DNA of 57,915 nucleotides from Octopus bimaculoides (lineage: Eukaryota), in assembly GCF_001194135.2 (NCBI RefSeq), contig NC_068990.1, positions 46,510,751 through 46,568,665 on the forward strand, in the 5' to 3' direction. The translations under genes were made by a program, and so were the position numbers. Below, in pieces: positions 23,721-38,344 of the stretch (positions within the stretch are counted from its first letter, which is position 1; each line of letters opens with the position of its first letter). The notes beneath the pieces are model-generated. The model worked only from the letters and a program-made list of their open reading frames with translations. It was not told where the DNA came from and searched no databases.

Positions 23721-25374
23721 ACACAAATATTTTGCCGTGCACACAAATTCTCATATGTGTGTTTATGTGTGTGAGGTTGATGTGACATAAACACGCTGGA
23801 TTAACCCTTTTCACAGCACAACTTCGGTGGAAGAGAGAGATAGATAGATAGAGAGAGAGGAGGGAGGATAATCGACTCCAGAATTTGACTAGCACTGTAC
23901 CCTTCGAAGGGTAAAAATGAAAGTTGATCCTGGCGATATTTGAACCCAGAAAGGGAAAGTATCCGTACAAAAACTTCAAAATATTCTTCCGAACGCTCTC
24001 ACCATTTCATCAATTCGCTGTCTGAAAATTAAAATATTGTAACGTATTTTGTCGTAGTTTTTTCATGACCTCCAAAGGTCATGTTGTGAACAGAATAAGA
24101 TCACGATTGATGAGTTGCCTGTCACTACGAACATCAATCGCTTAGATATAATTCTTCAGACAGATCTACAGCATACAATATTTGTTTGTTCTTTCGGTGT
24201 TTCATGTTCACAACACAATCATCTTGTCTGGATATGTGTAGCATAGATGTATGCATGTATGTATCTATGTACGTACGTCATTGTTCAGTTTCATTTCAAG
24301 ATTTCTTACCAATAGAGAAAGAGTCAGTTTCTAACCTAGATTCAAGGCTCCTTCATTGGAATTTCAACATCAACAACAGGGTATTTTTGTATGTATACCT
24401 GTATGTATGTATGTATGTATGTATGTATGTATGTATGTATGTATGTATGTATATGTGCAAATTTGTATGTTTTGCTTTATGCATGTATTCTCATGCATAT
24501 AGTTGCATATCTAGACATGCTCATATACATATATTTAAATGATAAACTTATGGAAAGTTTTGCAGATTTTTACAGTTCCAGTCATGAATTGGATCTGTAG
24601 TCTTCGAATTAGCTTTCTCCTTTCTGGTTTTGAGATGCCTAATTTGAATTCCATTCCTTTTATCCTCGTGCCAAAGTTTGGAACCGTTATTTTATTGTTG
24701 TCACTTCTCTTTCACAATGCTATATTCTATAAATTGTTTAGCCCTGCGTTATTCAATGTATTTATTATTATTATTATTATTTTTCTTTCTTGCTGCCCTT
24801 TCAGTCCAAAAACATTTGCTTGAAAATAAACTGGCATAATGCTGTTTACGTTAATTAATATTAGGCCTATATTCGCGACTAAATTATTTGAGAATTCACG
24901 AGTAGATTTCAGTTATCAGTTGAAATAATTTTACTTTAGTTACGACTGCCCTTTCGTAAAGAAAAAAAAGGAACTTAAAAAAAAAAAAAAGCAACACAAA
25001 AAAAAATCTGTGTGCATATTTCCTCTCCCCTATAAGAGTTGAGCTTCATGCTTATAAGGTATCACTATTAACAGCGAAAGAGTCAAATCGAGAGCTGAAA
25101 CTAAAAAACCGTTTATATTATATATAACATGACAATGTGACGTGTGACCCAGTAGCCGTCTGCTGGCAAAGTTCAGCTTGGAAACTTGGTTCCAATTCGA
25201 ATGCCAAAGGTTCTCTCGAAAGACACTGCATTCAATGAGAGAGCTGCTTTGTTTTGACACTAACACAGATACACACGCACACACAGAGACACAAACACAG
25301 GCATACAGTCACAAAGACAGACACGCTTAGACGCATAGGCACAAACAAATACATCACATACTCGTCTATAGGCG

Positions 25375-25405
<31 letters not shown>

Positions 25406-25650
25406 GCTTAGACATATAGACTCATACATACACAGATACAAACACACAGACTAAAATAACCCTCCTTTTTCCCTCTCTTCATCTATCCCTCTCCTTCACT
25501 GTACATTGGCGCGCTCGCGCGCGTGTATGTGTTTGTGAGTGTGCATGTGTGTCTGTGTGTATGTGCGTGTATGCGTGTTTGGAAATTAATACGAAATAGA
25601 CGGATGAAAAAACTACAGAGATAGATAAATAGATAGATAGATAGATAGAG

Positions 25651-25687
<37 letters not shown>

Positions 25688-26158
25688 TATAGAGAGAGAG
25701 AGAGATGAAAAATTAGAAAGACAGGTAGGTGATTAGGTTGAACGTGGGAAAGGGATTGACGGATTAACGAACAGACGCCAGAATAAAAGAATATGTTTTA
25801 TCCTATCCGTGTAACACAGACATTAGCGTTGCCTCCCAGCGCTCTCTAAAACCAGTAGACCAGAAGTGGTTTAACATTCGGTTCGATTTAATTGTGAGAT
25901 AGGAAAAGAAAAGAAGTGTTGTAAGAAGCATATAAGAGTGGTTGATGTCCTGTGGGATTGGATCTGTTGTGGTGATGGACAACATATAGCGTCTGTTCTG
26001 AAGAAGAAGAAGGCGATTGAAAAAAAAACAAAAAAAAACAGAGTATATGAGGGCAGGGTTGGGTGGCAGAAAGGTGCAAAAGAACGTTTGTTTTAAAGGA
26101 AGACAGAATGCAATCAAACAAGGTCACAGAAGCAAAGTTCGTTGACGACGACGACGAC

Positions 26159-26278
<120 letters not shown>

Positions 26279-28444
26279 AGAAGAGGAGGAGAAGGAAGTA
26301 AAAGACGAGAAAGAGAAGTAGAAGAAGAAAATTAAAAGAAGCAAAAGAGAAACAGAGAAAGAATGGAAATGAAGCTATGTCTCGAGTTCAAGGACTCACA
26401 GCCATTTATCAAGTTTCTGTGGTGTATAAGTTACCGAAACCAGAACATTCTCCCTGAACGGGACTCTAGTCTGGTGCAAGGTTACACATTTACTATCTGA
26501 GTAAATAGGAGCAACGTGAAATGAAGAGTTTTTGCTCAGGAACGCAACACACCATCCGGTCCGGTAAACGAAACCACAATCTTGCGATCGCACGCCTTCA
26601 TGAAAGATTGAATCAATGAAGAGAAATTGAAAGCTTTCTGTATAGGAAGGAAAGTTATCGATCAGACGCACAAATGGCTTTTTCTGGATGCCGCCATTTT
26701 GAAAATTACTGATGGAAAAACAACGATAGTCCACCATCACACATAAGTAAGACAAGATATTTACTAAATCTCAATATGTAAATCTTCTACATTGATGTTC
26801 CTGCATTAATTTTTTAGATTATTTACCATTGATACTGATAAAATAGGCTTTTCAGAATAATAACCCCTTTTTACATTTTCTTTTTCGGTTTTTGTTTTCG
26901 TTGTAAAATCTGTCTTGAAATATGGCAAGGTTTGTAGACAATAGAACTGATCGGATGGTCGATTGCAATGAATATTATGCAGCGTTCACTTTCTTTGCCT
27001 GACAGTCGATGTTGGTTGTGACCTAGCTTCTTGTACCGCTGTACAATAATTCTTATAGATAATATGTTGCATATTTAAGAAAGGGGGATAGAACACAATG
27101 CCCGTTTATACAGGTAAGCTTACGCACTGACATAGATAGCGTACATCTTCTGTATTGTTCCGTGTACCAAATTCACTTACATGTATGCATACATAAGCAC
27201 ACATATTTCCATCCATTCAGTAATCGATACGTCCGTTCTTCAGTTCGTTCGTCCGTGCGTACGTACGTACGTACCTACCTACCTACCTACCTACCTACCT
27301 ACTTACCTACCTACCTACCTACCTACCTACCTGCCTGTTTCCTATCAAATCTACCTGCCCACGCACGTACGTACCTACCTACATAGATACATACATACAT
27401 ACATACATATATACATACATACATACGTATTTGCATACATACGTGCATAAATACATACATACATACATAGACCAAAATGTACTCTACCTCTATAAAAATT
27501 ATCTAAATAGTCACAGAGTATAAGTAGCAATACTAAAAAATGTTCAAGGTAGCCAACTAGTACTCCTAGAAATAAATGATCGATGTATGCAATAACCAAT
27601 ACCACAAAAGATCAAAGCTAGATAGAACGTCAGGCGGTGTTATTTACTGCTACTATTGAAATTACCAGGGAAAAAAAGTATAATAAAACAAAACAAAATA
27701 CCAAAGCGTTTCGTTATGTAATAAAATGGGGAAAAAAAGGAAACATATATCGGTGTGTGTGTAGTTTTATATATATAATATATNNNNNNNNNNNNNNNNN
27801 NNNNNNNNNNNNNNNNNNNNNNNNNNNNNNNNNNNNNNNNNNNNNNNNNNNNNNNNNNNNNNNNNNNNNNNNNNNNNNNNNNNNNNNNNNNNNNNNNNNN
27901 NNNNNNNNNNNNNNNNNNNNNNNNNNNNNNNNNNNNNNNNNNNNNNNNNNNNNNNNNNNNNNNNNNNNNNNNNNNNNNNNNNNNNNNNNNNNNNNNNNNN
28001 NNNNNNNNNNNNNNNNNNNNNNNNNNNNNNNNNNNNNNNNNNNNNNNNNNNNNNNNNNTATATATATATATATATATATATATATTCCATTGAACACACA
28101 TAAGTTATGAGTTTTCTGTTTACACTTATTCTCAATAAATGGCCTAACAGCATTTTCTCTCTTTCAATATATAAATTTTAATATTTTTTTAAATATTTCT
28201 TTATTTCTGTATGCTTGCGTGTAGATGTGTATGTGTGTGTGCGTGTGTGTGTATATATGTGTGTGTATGTGTTATTATGTAGGTATAATATCAAAAGACA
28301 ATCATAACTACCTCACCCACACCAGCACGGCGTCACACTACACAATCGCCCATATATACACAAGCACAAGTACGAACGCATTCGTATGTATATGAAAGCG
28401 GTGCTCCAGCGTGGCCTTAGTCGTCATGACAAAAGCAACTTAAA

Positions 28445-28785
28445 AAAGTAAAGTTCATTACACGCAAAGGCACTCCGTCGGTTACGACGACGAGGGTTCC
28501 ATTTGATCAGACCAACGGAATAGTTTGTTCCTGGGATTAATGCACAAGTGGCTGAGCACTCCACAGACACGCATACTACCCTTAACGTAGTTCTTGGAAG
28601 ATATTCAGCGTGACACAGAATGTGACAAGGCTGGCCCCTTGAAATACAAATATTACACAATTTTGCCAGCTGAGTGGACTAGAGCAACGTGAAATAAAGT
28701 GTCTTCTCAAGGACACAACGTGCCACCAGGTATCGAACTCACGACCTTACGATTGTGAGTCGAATACCGCAACCACTTAGACAAA
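28445..28785 (-). mobile_element. tRNA-derived SINE family D, near-complete copy
   Basis: The minus strand has a tRNA-like head (gtgagttcgatacc B-box) and gtgtccttgagaagacactttatttcacgttgctctagtccactcagctgg. Its 3' end matches 42639-42752 (+); related heads at 35281-35530 and 54098-54200. Confidence 0.75.
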
Positions 28786-29648
28786 AACTCACATAAAAAC
28801 ACACTCATACACATGTATACGCAAGCACACACATTCACAGTTTCCAATGAAGAAATGAACAAAAGAAAAATAATTTCATAAAACCTGACTAAAATGTAAC
28901 CAAATGACTGCGTTGTGGCCGTCATCCATTTCTAGCACCTCTGCAGCCGTGGAAATCTGGAAGAAGCATTTCTCCCTCATCGTATATCTACACTCACTTT
29001 CTCTGATTACCGACTTCTCTCTTCTGATAGTTGCTTCTCTTCACTCACTCACTCACTCTCTCTCTGCCCCTCTCTCTGAAGCTCTTTTCCCTGAGTATTT
29101 CTCTCTTCTTTACTCTCTCTCGTTTACCTCTTTGCCTCTCTCTCGCTACCTCCTTTCTCTCAATATTAACTTTTTCTCTCTTGCATCTTCTCGCTGTCTC
29201 TTTCCCCCTCTCTGCCACCCTCTCAATTTTTTTATCTGCCTTTCCCTTGATTAATCTCTCTACTTCCCTTCATCACCCCCCTCTTTCCTTGCTAGCTCCC
29301 TTTTCTCAATGTTAGCACGTCCATTCTCCCTTTTCCCTTAACCTCGCTTTCTTTGTTTTCCTTATAGCAATTCACACCTTTCATTATCGTTCAACAAATC
29401 TCTTAGATTCCATACCATGTCTTTAACGCTTTTTTCAGATTATTACTGTTGTTATTGCAGTAGTTATTTAAATTCCAATCACACAATCTTTGACCATAGA
29501 CAGTTCAACTGTCACCATCTTATTTATAGGAGTATGTGGAACTCCATGAAAATCCCATAAGCTTAGGAGGCAGTACGTGCACACAGCATTGTGCATTTCA
29601 ACAAAAAGATAACCAAATGTTGCTCGTCTGTTCCCATTTACGACTGAC

Positions 29649-29749
29649 CGTTGGTTTCTCAGTGAGAAACTCTTTCACCTTTTGACGCGCTATATTGTTA
29701 ATCCTATTGAGTACCTGCATACCATCTTCATCCCGTAATCCACAAGGAT
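29649..29749 (-). CDS. Candidate internal exon, phase 1-0 (xPCGLRDEDGMQVLNRINNIARQKVKEFLTEKPT)
   Basis: ttcttccctcaccag| acceptor, ACG|gtcagt donor and a stop-free, protein-like frame in unique sequence. Confidence 0.35.
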
Positions 29750-30134
29750 CTGGTGAGGGAAGAACGGTCTAGTCATCAACTAATGAAACAACTGCATGGA
29801 AGTTTACAAAATCTAATTTGGTTTTCCTCTTTTTGTAAGAAGATAGGGAGTGATTTAACAATAGCAGTTTCTAACGAAAGAACAAAACCGCAGATTTTCG
29901 TGGAAAATGGTGGCAGGTATATAGTCAAGTAAATTTTCCCCAGTATTTTACTGGTACTTTATTTTACCGGCCCGGGACAGATGAAAAGCAAAATTGACCT
30001 TGGCGGGATTAGAATCCAGAATATAGAGAATCGAAATAAATACGGTAAGACATTTTGTTCGACACTTTAACGAATCTACCAATACATCAATATTCTCCCC
30101 ACCACCAGCTCCTTTTCCTCAATAATAACCATAA

Positions 30135-30350
30135 TAACCTTTTCTACTATAGGCACAAGGGCTGAAATTTAGGGGAGGGGGTAGTCGATTACATCGACCC
30201 CAGTACTCAACTTGTACTTAATTTATCGACCTTGAAATGATGAAAAGCAAAGTCGACCGCGGGGGAATTTGAACTTAGAAAGTAGCAGCAGACAAATACC
30301 GTTAAACATTTCACCTGGCGTGCTAACGATTCTGCCAGCTCGCCGCCTTC
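30135..30350 (-). mobile_element. SINE family B, near-consensus copy
   Basis: ctttctactataggcacaagg...gtcgattacatcgaccccagtactcaact.gtactta...gcgtgctaacgattctgccagctcgccgcc. It sits in a cluster with 29860-30075 and 30467-30612. Confidence 0.9.
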
Positions 30351-30466
<116 letters not shown>

Positions 30467-30829
30467 CATCCTTTCTATTATAGGCTCAAGGCCTGAAATT
30501 TGGAGGAAAGGACCAGTTGATTACATCGACCCCAGCACTTGACTGGTATTTATTTCATCGACCCTGAAAGGATACAAGGCAAAGTCGACCGCAGCGGAAT
30601 TTGAACATAGAATACAAAAAAAAAAAAAAAAGAAAGAACTCAGAAAAAACTCAAAGAAATGCTGCGAAGCACTTTTGCGACTCTCCAGCCATTCAATCCC
30701 CTCCCCAAGCAATGAAGTAATAACAACAACAATAACAACAACAATGATAATAATAATAATAAAAACGAGAAGAGAGCGACTGTTATTGGTAATAAATAGA
30801 GATTGACGCTGTTTATTAAAATGAAAATG

Positions 30830-31154
30830 AAATGAATGAACAATATTTCGACACTCTGTGTCTTTTACAAGTTCAAAATATAAAATGAAATTAAATTCAA
30901 AGATAGGAAACGCTACTGATAGGTACGACGTCAGTGGTTCCACGGAACTTGCGGAGCATTTCAGATCAAACAGGGGTAAATTTGAGGAGGACCTGAAGGT
31001 GCACGTTTTCAAAAAATGCCCTCATTCCACTGCACTTTCAGTCCTCAAAACCCATGATGATACATATATTTGTGAATTGTTGACATCTCAGCCTGGAGGA
31101 ATTAATAAAATGGCAGATGAATTCCACCATATTTATACTAAACGTTTTGACTGA
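30830..31154 (+). mobile_element. Penelope-like element remnant, C-terminal half of a GIY-YIG endonuclease
   Basis: ELAEHFRSNRGKFEEDLKVHVF...LKTHDDTYICELLTSQPGGINK resembles the HF...DL.V.I / E..(W/Y)I..L.T..P.G(L/I)N C-terminal GIY-YIG pattern of PLEs. Confidence 0.6.
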
Positions 31155-31210
31155 ATAATTTTTTCTCCAGTTTTTTTTTTCTTTTTGTTTTCTTGTTTCT
31201 CTCCTTCCTT

Positions 31211-31271
31211 CTGCTACCTTTGGAAAAAGACCAAAGGCTGATGATGTCGTTTCACTTAGAAAGAAATGCAG
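31211..31271 (+). ncRNA. Degenerate type III-like hammerhead fold
   Basis: ctgc-CUA triplet; stem I cctttgg/ccaaagg; CUGAUGA at 31238-31244; tttc/gaaa stem II with a 5-nt offset; GAAA at 31263-31266; (t)gcag. Confidence 0.45.
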
Positions 31272-31334
31272 TTATTCCTATTTAATTTTGAATGTTTCAG
31301 CATTTCCTATCTTTGAATTTAATTTCAGTTTGTA

Positions 31335-31715
31335 TTTTGAACACACGTGCCTGGAGAGACCAGCCAGTTGATCCCTCCCGACGCCCAGAGCCTCTCAGAA
31401 TGTCGTCATTCTTGCCCTCTACTAATCCCCTATAGGTAGAATTTCTACTGTCTGCCTTGCCCNNNNNNNNNNNNNNNNNNNNNNNNNNNNNNNNNNNNNN
31501 NNNNNNNNNNNNNNNNNNNNNNNNNNNNNNNNNNNNNNNNNNNNNNNNNNNNNNNNNNNNNNNNNNNNNNNNNNNNNNNNNNNNNNNNNNNNNNNNNNNN
31601 NNNNNNNNNNNNNNNNNNNNNNNNNNNNNNNNNNNNNNNNNNNNNNNNNNNNGGGACTGTCTGACAAGCGGTACCTGTCCCTTCCACAGCAAGCACACCA
31701 GCCCGTTCAGCCACG
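31335..31715 (-). mobile_element. Second L1/Tx1 LINE fragment (spans a gap)
   Basis: CLLWKGQVPLVRQS (FLW.G motif) and, with frameshifts, YRGLVEGKNDDIL / ALGVGRDQLAGLSRHVF, homologous to FYSGLVEFMSDNVLGEALGFDGNQLINLFRRNF at about 18360-18450. Confidence 0.65.
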
Positions 31716-31742
31716 AATAATAACAATAACAATAACAATAAC

Positions 31743-31789
<47 letters not shown>

Positions 31790-31790
<1 letters not shown>

Positions 31791-31978
31791 TTCTACTATA
31801 AGCACAAAGCCAGACATTTTGGAAAAGCCGGGAAGTCGATTACATCGACCCCAATCGACTCCGAAAGAATGAAAGGAAAAGTCAACCTCAGAGGCATTTG
31901 AACTCAGAACGTAATGACGGACGAGAAGCCGCTAATCATTTTGTATGGCGCGCTTAACGAATCTGCCAGCTCGCCGCC

Positions 31979-31980
<2 letters not shown>
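31790..31980 (-). mobile_element. SINE family B copy
   Basis: Same family B head and central domain, flanked by (AAT)n. Confidence 0.85.
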
Positions 31981-32034
<54 letters not shown>

Positions 32035-32849
32035 NNNNNNNNNNNNNNNNNNNNNNNNNNNNNNNNNNNNNNNNNNNNNNNNNNNNNNNNNNNNNNNNNN
32101 NNNNNNNNNNNNNNNNNNNNNNNNNNNNNNNNNNNNNNNNNNNNNNNNNNNNNNNNNNNNNNNNNNNNNNNNNNNNNNNNNNNNNNNNNNNNNNNNNNNN
32201 NNNNNNNNNNNNNNNNNNNNNNNNNNNNNNNNNNNNNNNNNNNNNNNNNNNNNNNNNNNNNNNNNNNNNNNNNNNNNNNNNNNNNNNNNNNNNNNNNNNN
32301 NNNNNNNNNNNNNNNNNNNNNNNNNNNNNNNNNNNNNNNNNNNNNNNNNNNNNNNNNNNNGAGGAGGCGGAGAATAGTTTCCCCTCACATGTTTCCATGT
32401 TTTAAAAGATGATTAATGATTTCATGGTCATGGGGTGGGATGTTGGGTATGACATAGCGGTGTGATAGACAGAGTGGAAGGAGAGAAGGGGAGAGAGAAG
32501 AGGAAGAGACAGAGGGAAAGAATGAGAGAGAGAAGGGAGAGGGGGTGAAGGAGAGAGGTGGTGTGTGTGCATGTATATATATGTGTGTGTGTGTATATAT
32601 ATGTTTTGGAGTGAACGAAAGAGGAGAGAGGGAGTACTTGTTTGTCTGTATGCGTATGAATGAGTGGGGTGTGTGTGTGTGTGTGTGTGTAGACAGACAA
32701 AGTTGAGTGCATATGTGTGTGGAAGAAAAAAGTATATATATATGTGTGAGTGGTTGTGTGCAACAACAAGGAAGACGGTGCTTGTGCATATGTAGGAGAG
32801 AGATACAGAGGGAGAGAGCGAGAGAGGGGAGAAAGAGTGAGAGAGAGAG

Positions 32850-32884
<35 letters not shown>

Positions 32885-32999
32885 AGGAAAGAAAGAAAGA
32901 AAGAAAGAAAGAAGGAAAGAAAGAAAGAGGTTTTCCGTGTCATGAAATGGATGTGTAAAACAGATTTAAAAGAAGTGTGATTAAGACACTGTGTATGTT

Positions 33000-33034
<35 letters not shown>

Positions 33035-33489
33035 ACGCGTGCGCATGAATGTGCTTACATATGTGTTTATCCCTAAACTAGTGTTTCCAAGTGTACATCT
33101 GTTCATGTATTTGTATCTATAGATGTAATAACGTGTTTCTGGCTGTATATGTTGGTGCACATATGTGCACACGTATCTGTATGTTTGTGAGTGTGCGACT
33201 ATGTTTGTGTGTGAGTGTGAATGCGTGCGCATATCTGTATACGTGCTTGTGTGCGTACATGTATGCGTTTGTACCTATACGTGTGTGTGTATGGCTGTTT
33301 GTACATGTACTTGGAGTATACATGTGTGCGTATGAACTAATGTATGTACAATTATACAATAACATGACTATTTTCCTTATTCCCATTCCTGATCCTTATT
33401 TTCTATTAAATACTTCACTCCCCTTCCCCGCCCTTATCTTTGTGAATAGAAACTAGGATAACAGTCATTTCAACCACTCACCCATCCAT

Positions 33490-34065
33490 CTACTCACAAC
33501 ATCCACAGTTGCATATCAGATACTTCCCTCCACGATCTCTATCGCAACTATTGCCACAGCCATAAGAGCAACCATTAACACAATGTCCACACTCAACACA
33601 AACTCTACCGTAATAAACATCACCATCACCACCACCACCATCACTCCCAAGCAACACAACCGTTACCATAATCCCCATCACCACCACCATCCTTAGCTCT
33701 ACCACTACCCCCACCATAACCCCAACTGTTACAATAACTTTCGCCATCGCCTTCGTCACCACCACTACAAGTCTTCTCTACAATCACCAACGCAACCATT
33801 AATTGCCACGATTTCTAAAATCACCACTACCACAATCGTCAGAGCCACAACCAGCACCGGCAGCAGCAGCACCACCACCACCACCACCACCATCACCACC
33901 ACCACTACTTCCACCACCACTACAACCAATCTTAACCACCTCCATTAATGACATCACCAGAAGAGCTATTGTTTCCAAATGCTCAACCGCCGCCGGCGCC
34001 ACCACCACCACCACCACCACCACCACCATCATCATCACCACCAACCCTATCACCTCTACCATAGC
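33490..34065. repeat. (ACC)n-rich low-complexity tract
   Basis: Direct reading; source of the poly-P/G/T ORFs. Confidence 0.85.
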
Positions 34066-35280
34066 GTCCAACTAATTTAGATTATCTTATGCCTTCATTG
34101 ATTTAGCATTATTACTATTGATTTCTGACTTAGGCAAAAGGCCTGAGATTTTGGGGGTTGTGGTGCTCGCAAGCATATTTTGTCGTAGGACTTTTATATG
34201 GTTTACCTCAAATCGAAGGACTCATACCTATATTTTATGGACAACCACTCACCACCCTGATTTTAAATAAGGCATTAAATGAAACAAACATGTTTTTGGA
34301 AAGAGAATATATTCATAGATAGAAGAATATGCTACAGTAGATATTGTCGGTTAGCAGGTGAGTGAAGTGAAGTGGTTTAACCAATGTGTCTATTTAAATA
34401 GCGGGCCTGAATGTATTATCCTAAAATGTATACATGTGAATTTATACACATACACACACATACACAAACGCACGCATGCGTACATAATACATACTCAACA
34501 ACTGACTCAGTAATTTTCTTATTCAAGTCATATGTCAAAATCTTTGACTGTTGCATTCACCTTTTGTGTTTAGCTGGAAGGGAAATCAATGTGTGTGTGC
34601 TGAGAGGGGTGAAACGAAGTTAAATATATTATTAAAATATCATAAAGAAATTGGTTGGTAGGTGATTCACAGAGTGTGAGGAAGAACGAGTGTCATCAGT
34701 CATCCAACAATCTGACAAGCAGACACTGAAATACACACAAGGGAAGAAGAAATAGTGAAAGACAAAGAAATAGTGCGAGTAAGGAAGGAGAGGTGGAAAG
34801 AAGAGAGGTAGAGAGAACTAATGAAATACGTGAATCAGTGAAAATGAAAATGAGAGTAAGGGCAGAAAAAAAAAAGAAACTGCTTCAAGAGAAAATGAAG
34901 CACAAATTAAAGCTAGGTTTGAAGTAAAGACATTAGGAATTACTGAAGAGGGGCAGAAAAGAATACCGTCGTTTCATATGGGTTCTAAGATAGTATATAT
35001 AAAACGAAATATACTGCAGTCAACCAAAGGTCATTGGTATATATATATATATNNNNNNNNNNNNNNNNNNNNNNNNNNNNNNNNNNNNNNNNNNNNNNNN
35101 NNNNNNNNNNNNNNNNNNNNNNNNNNNNNNNNNNNNNNNNNNNNNNNNNNNNNNNNNNNNNNNNNNNNNNNNNNNNNNNNNNNTATATATATACACATAC
35201 ATATACATATGTATTTGTATGTATGTATGTATGTATGTATGTATGTATGTGCATGTGGGTATGTGTGTGTGTGTGTATAT

Positions 35281-35530
35281 GAAGGCATCCGGCTTAGTGG
35301 CTAGGGGTGTTGCACTCACGATCGTGAATTTGTGGTTTCGATTCCCAGATCTGCTGCGTGTTATGTTATTTAGCAAAACATTTCCTTTCACGTTACTCCA
35401 ATTCGCTTAACTGTAAATGGGTAACCCTACGGCGAACTAATCGTCCGACGAGGGGTAAGGTTGGTCTGCTCGTCTAGCCAGCGAGCTAAAACGATGCGAA
35501 GGGCATTGTAGCCAGCGATTCATAACAACA
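35281..35530 (+). mobile_element. tRNA-derived SINE (family D-like), degenerate
   Basis: ggcttagtggctagg A-box, gtggtttcgattccc B-box, tagcaaaacattt..tttcacgttactcca. Confidence 0.65.
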
Positions 35531-36300
35531 TCCAATACTTTGGTGGATACTGTGATACCATGATGTGTGTGTGTGTGTGTGTGTGTGCGTGCGTACATAT
35601 TTGGAAACGAGCGCAAAAAGAGGACAACACGAGAGAGACAAGCTTTAACAAATGTATTAGCTTATCGCTTAAAATCTTGACGTTTCGGACGCTGGTCTTT
35701 TTCAGAAAAATAAAATAATGAGAAAAGGTGGTAGAATAATAAAAGAATAAAAAAAGCATGAGTAAAGGTGACGGAAGAAGGTGATATGGGCCATTTGGGA
35801 ATGCAGTTCTGTGGGTAGAGTTAGGTAGGGAGAAGAAGGCAAGGTGGTATGTGGATATGAAAGAGAGTCTTCGTATATACAGATAGGCATTTATATATGT
35901 GTGTATGGGGAGGTTATAGGTGTAACTGTTTATTGATTTGTAAGTGTCTGTATTTACACACACACACCGACGCACACAAAAATCAATATACTAATATAAA
36001 CGGTTGGCCTGAATGTTCATTGGTCCACGGTGTCCACTCGATCGAATGTGAAAGAAATAAGAACTAATCCACCGTGTATAAATGAAATACTATATATCAT
36101 GACTGGATAGGAAAACATCCAGACGTTATGACAAACACATCAAATCGTTTTGATGATGGGAGAACTATAAATATTCATTTTCATTCAAACAAGCCAGACA
36201 CCAATCCGTTTCTTCACCTTCACTACCCTCTTTTTCCCTATATTACCATTTTCTTTTTGGATTACGCTGTCGAACTGCCTGCCTTCTCTGTGTTTGTCTG

Positions 36301-36364
<64 letters not shown>

Positions 36365-36516
36365 GATAGATAGATAGATAGATAGCTATATAATGTCTAT
36401 CTGTCTGTCTATCTATTTGTCTATCTATCTATTATCTACATATTTGTCTGTCTGCTTATGTATGTATGTATGTATGTATGTATGCATGTATGTATGTATG
36501 TATGTATGTAAGTATG

Positions 36517-36550
<34 letters not shown>

Positions 36551-36905
36551 GCTATCTACCTGTCTGTCTATCTCTCGTTGTGAATAATAGATATAAAGTA
36601 TTGAAGAATTACAGACAGTGTATGGAAAAATTCCATCTTGATATATGAATGAATAATAACAGCTTCTACACTCTCTCTCTCACACACACACACACATACA
36701 CACACACACACACGCACTCATACTCATGCACATGTGCTTGTGTGTATATAAATATGCATGAAAACGCAGATAGTTAATAACAGACAGTTTCAGTTAAACA
36801 ACATATATTTTACACACGTATGTATGCATGTATGTGTATGTATATATATATATATATAAATGTGTGTGTGTATATGCGTGTGTGTGTATATATGTATGTA
36901 TGCAC

Positions 36906-36965
<60 letters not shown>

Positions 36966-37676
36966 ATATATGTTTCTACATGACACACTCGTGTGCGCAT
37001 ATATACGTACGCTTGCTCAAATATCATGTCATACAACTGAAATAAAGACTTGAGCATCTAGCGGTGCGTGACATTTATGACAACTACACTTCGTCTGACA
37101 TCAGATTTATTCCACTGGATAATACATATATATACTAAAATACACACGCATTGACACACATACATGCACACATACACACACATACACACGCTTGCGCAGA
37201 CACTCGTATATATACTCACACAATCAAAGAGTAATGAAATGCAAATACACGTGTACCAAATGACATGCACATGCGTTATACGAGTGCAAAGTTATCCACA
37301 CATATACCAACAACAGTGCACGTTATCACACATCCATGGAATAGTCTTGACTAAAACACACGACTGTTGTCATTTTGTTCGCGACCAATTTGAATTCTGT
37401 GTATGACCAACTGAAACAAAGCTCAAAGAATAATCCTACATACAGACGTATATGTGCATACATTCATACAAAATATGCATGTATATTTGAAGTTATACAA
37501 TACACACACACCTATACACTTACACACATATAAATGAATAAGAATGAAGTGGACATATCAATTACGTAACAAACATTTTCATGAGAATGGCTGTTAATTA
37601 TTTATTAGTAGATTACATAATAGAACAAAATAACCAACCCATTTCGTCAGACACAACTTGAATTATAAACATATAT

Positions 37677-37783
<107 letters not shown>

Positions 37784-37909
37784 CACTATATGAACCTTGA
37801 AACCGCAGTATTCGTATTGAGAGAGCTTCTCAATATGAGAAACTCTCAAGACTACAATTATTCGGTTTTCTATAGTATATTTACCAGAGCTTCCGTCACT
37901 TTGTAGCTG

Positions 37910-38045
37910 TGTAGTGAGAAGTTTGCTTCCCAACTAAATGGTTCCGATGTGAAGTACTTTGGCAAGTGTTCTCAACTATAGCCCCAGGTCGACCAATGCT
38001 TTGTGCGTGGAGTTGGTAAACAAAAACTGAAAGAAGCTCGTCATA
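37910..38045 (+). mobile_element. SINE family A head
   Basis: tagctgtgtagtgagaagtttgcttcccaac...ttggcaagtgtt...ctatagcccc.ggtcgacca...actgaaagaagctcgtc. Confidence 0.8.
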
Positions 38046-38344
38046 TGTACATATGTATGTAGTTTATATGTCCTCGAGGAAGACTTGTGTTTTCGTTCCA
38101 GGACGAAACTTAAAATTAGGAAATAGAAATCGAAATTATCCTATAATATGGCATGTGAAATACCCCATCCACTTTACATAGAGAGTATTATTTAATTTCA
38201 AGATTACTTCTTGTGTATGTTATATCCAGCAATGTAACTGGTACTGTGTCTCTTTCTTTGTCCGTTTCTCTGCTCAGCAGAAGCAACATGCCGCAATGAT
38301 AGTTTCGTTATCTCTGTGTTTCTTTAAAATCTTGATTTTAAGTT

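Noticed and set aside
26646-26746. Plus-strand segment with good splice sites (GRKVIDQTHKWLFLDAAIL..*)
   Set aside because: All frames terminate within or at the end of the segment, and I found no partner plus-strand exons.
29649-29749. Resemblance of DPCGLRD.. to nuclear-receptor LBD (DACGLSD), and of neighbouring exons to globin or death-domain helices
   Set aside because: Similarity is limited to a few residues and spacing to the following helices does not fit; no family assignment is supportable by eye.
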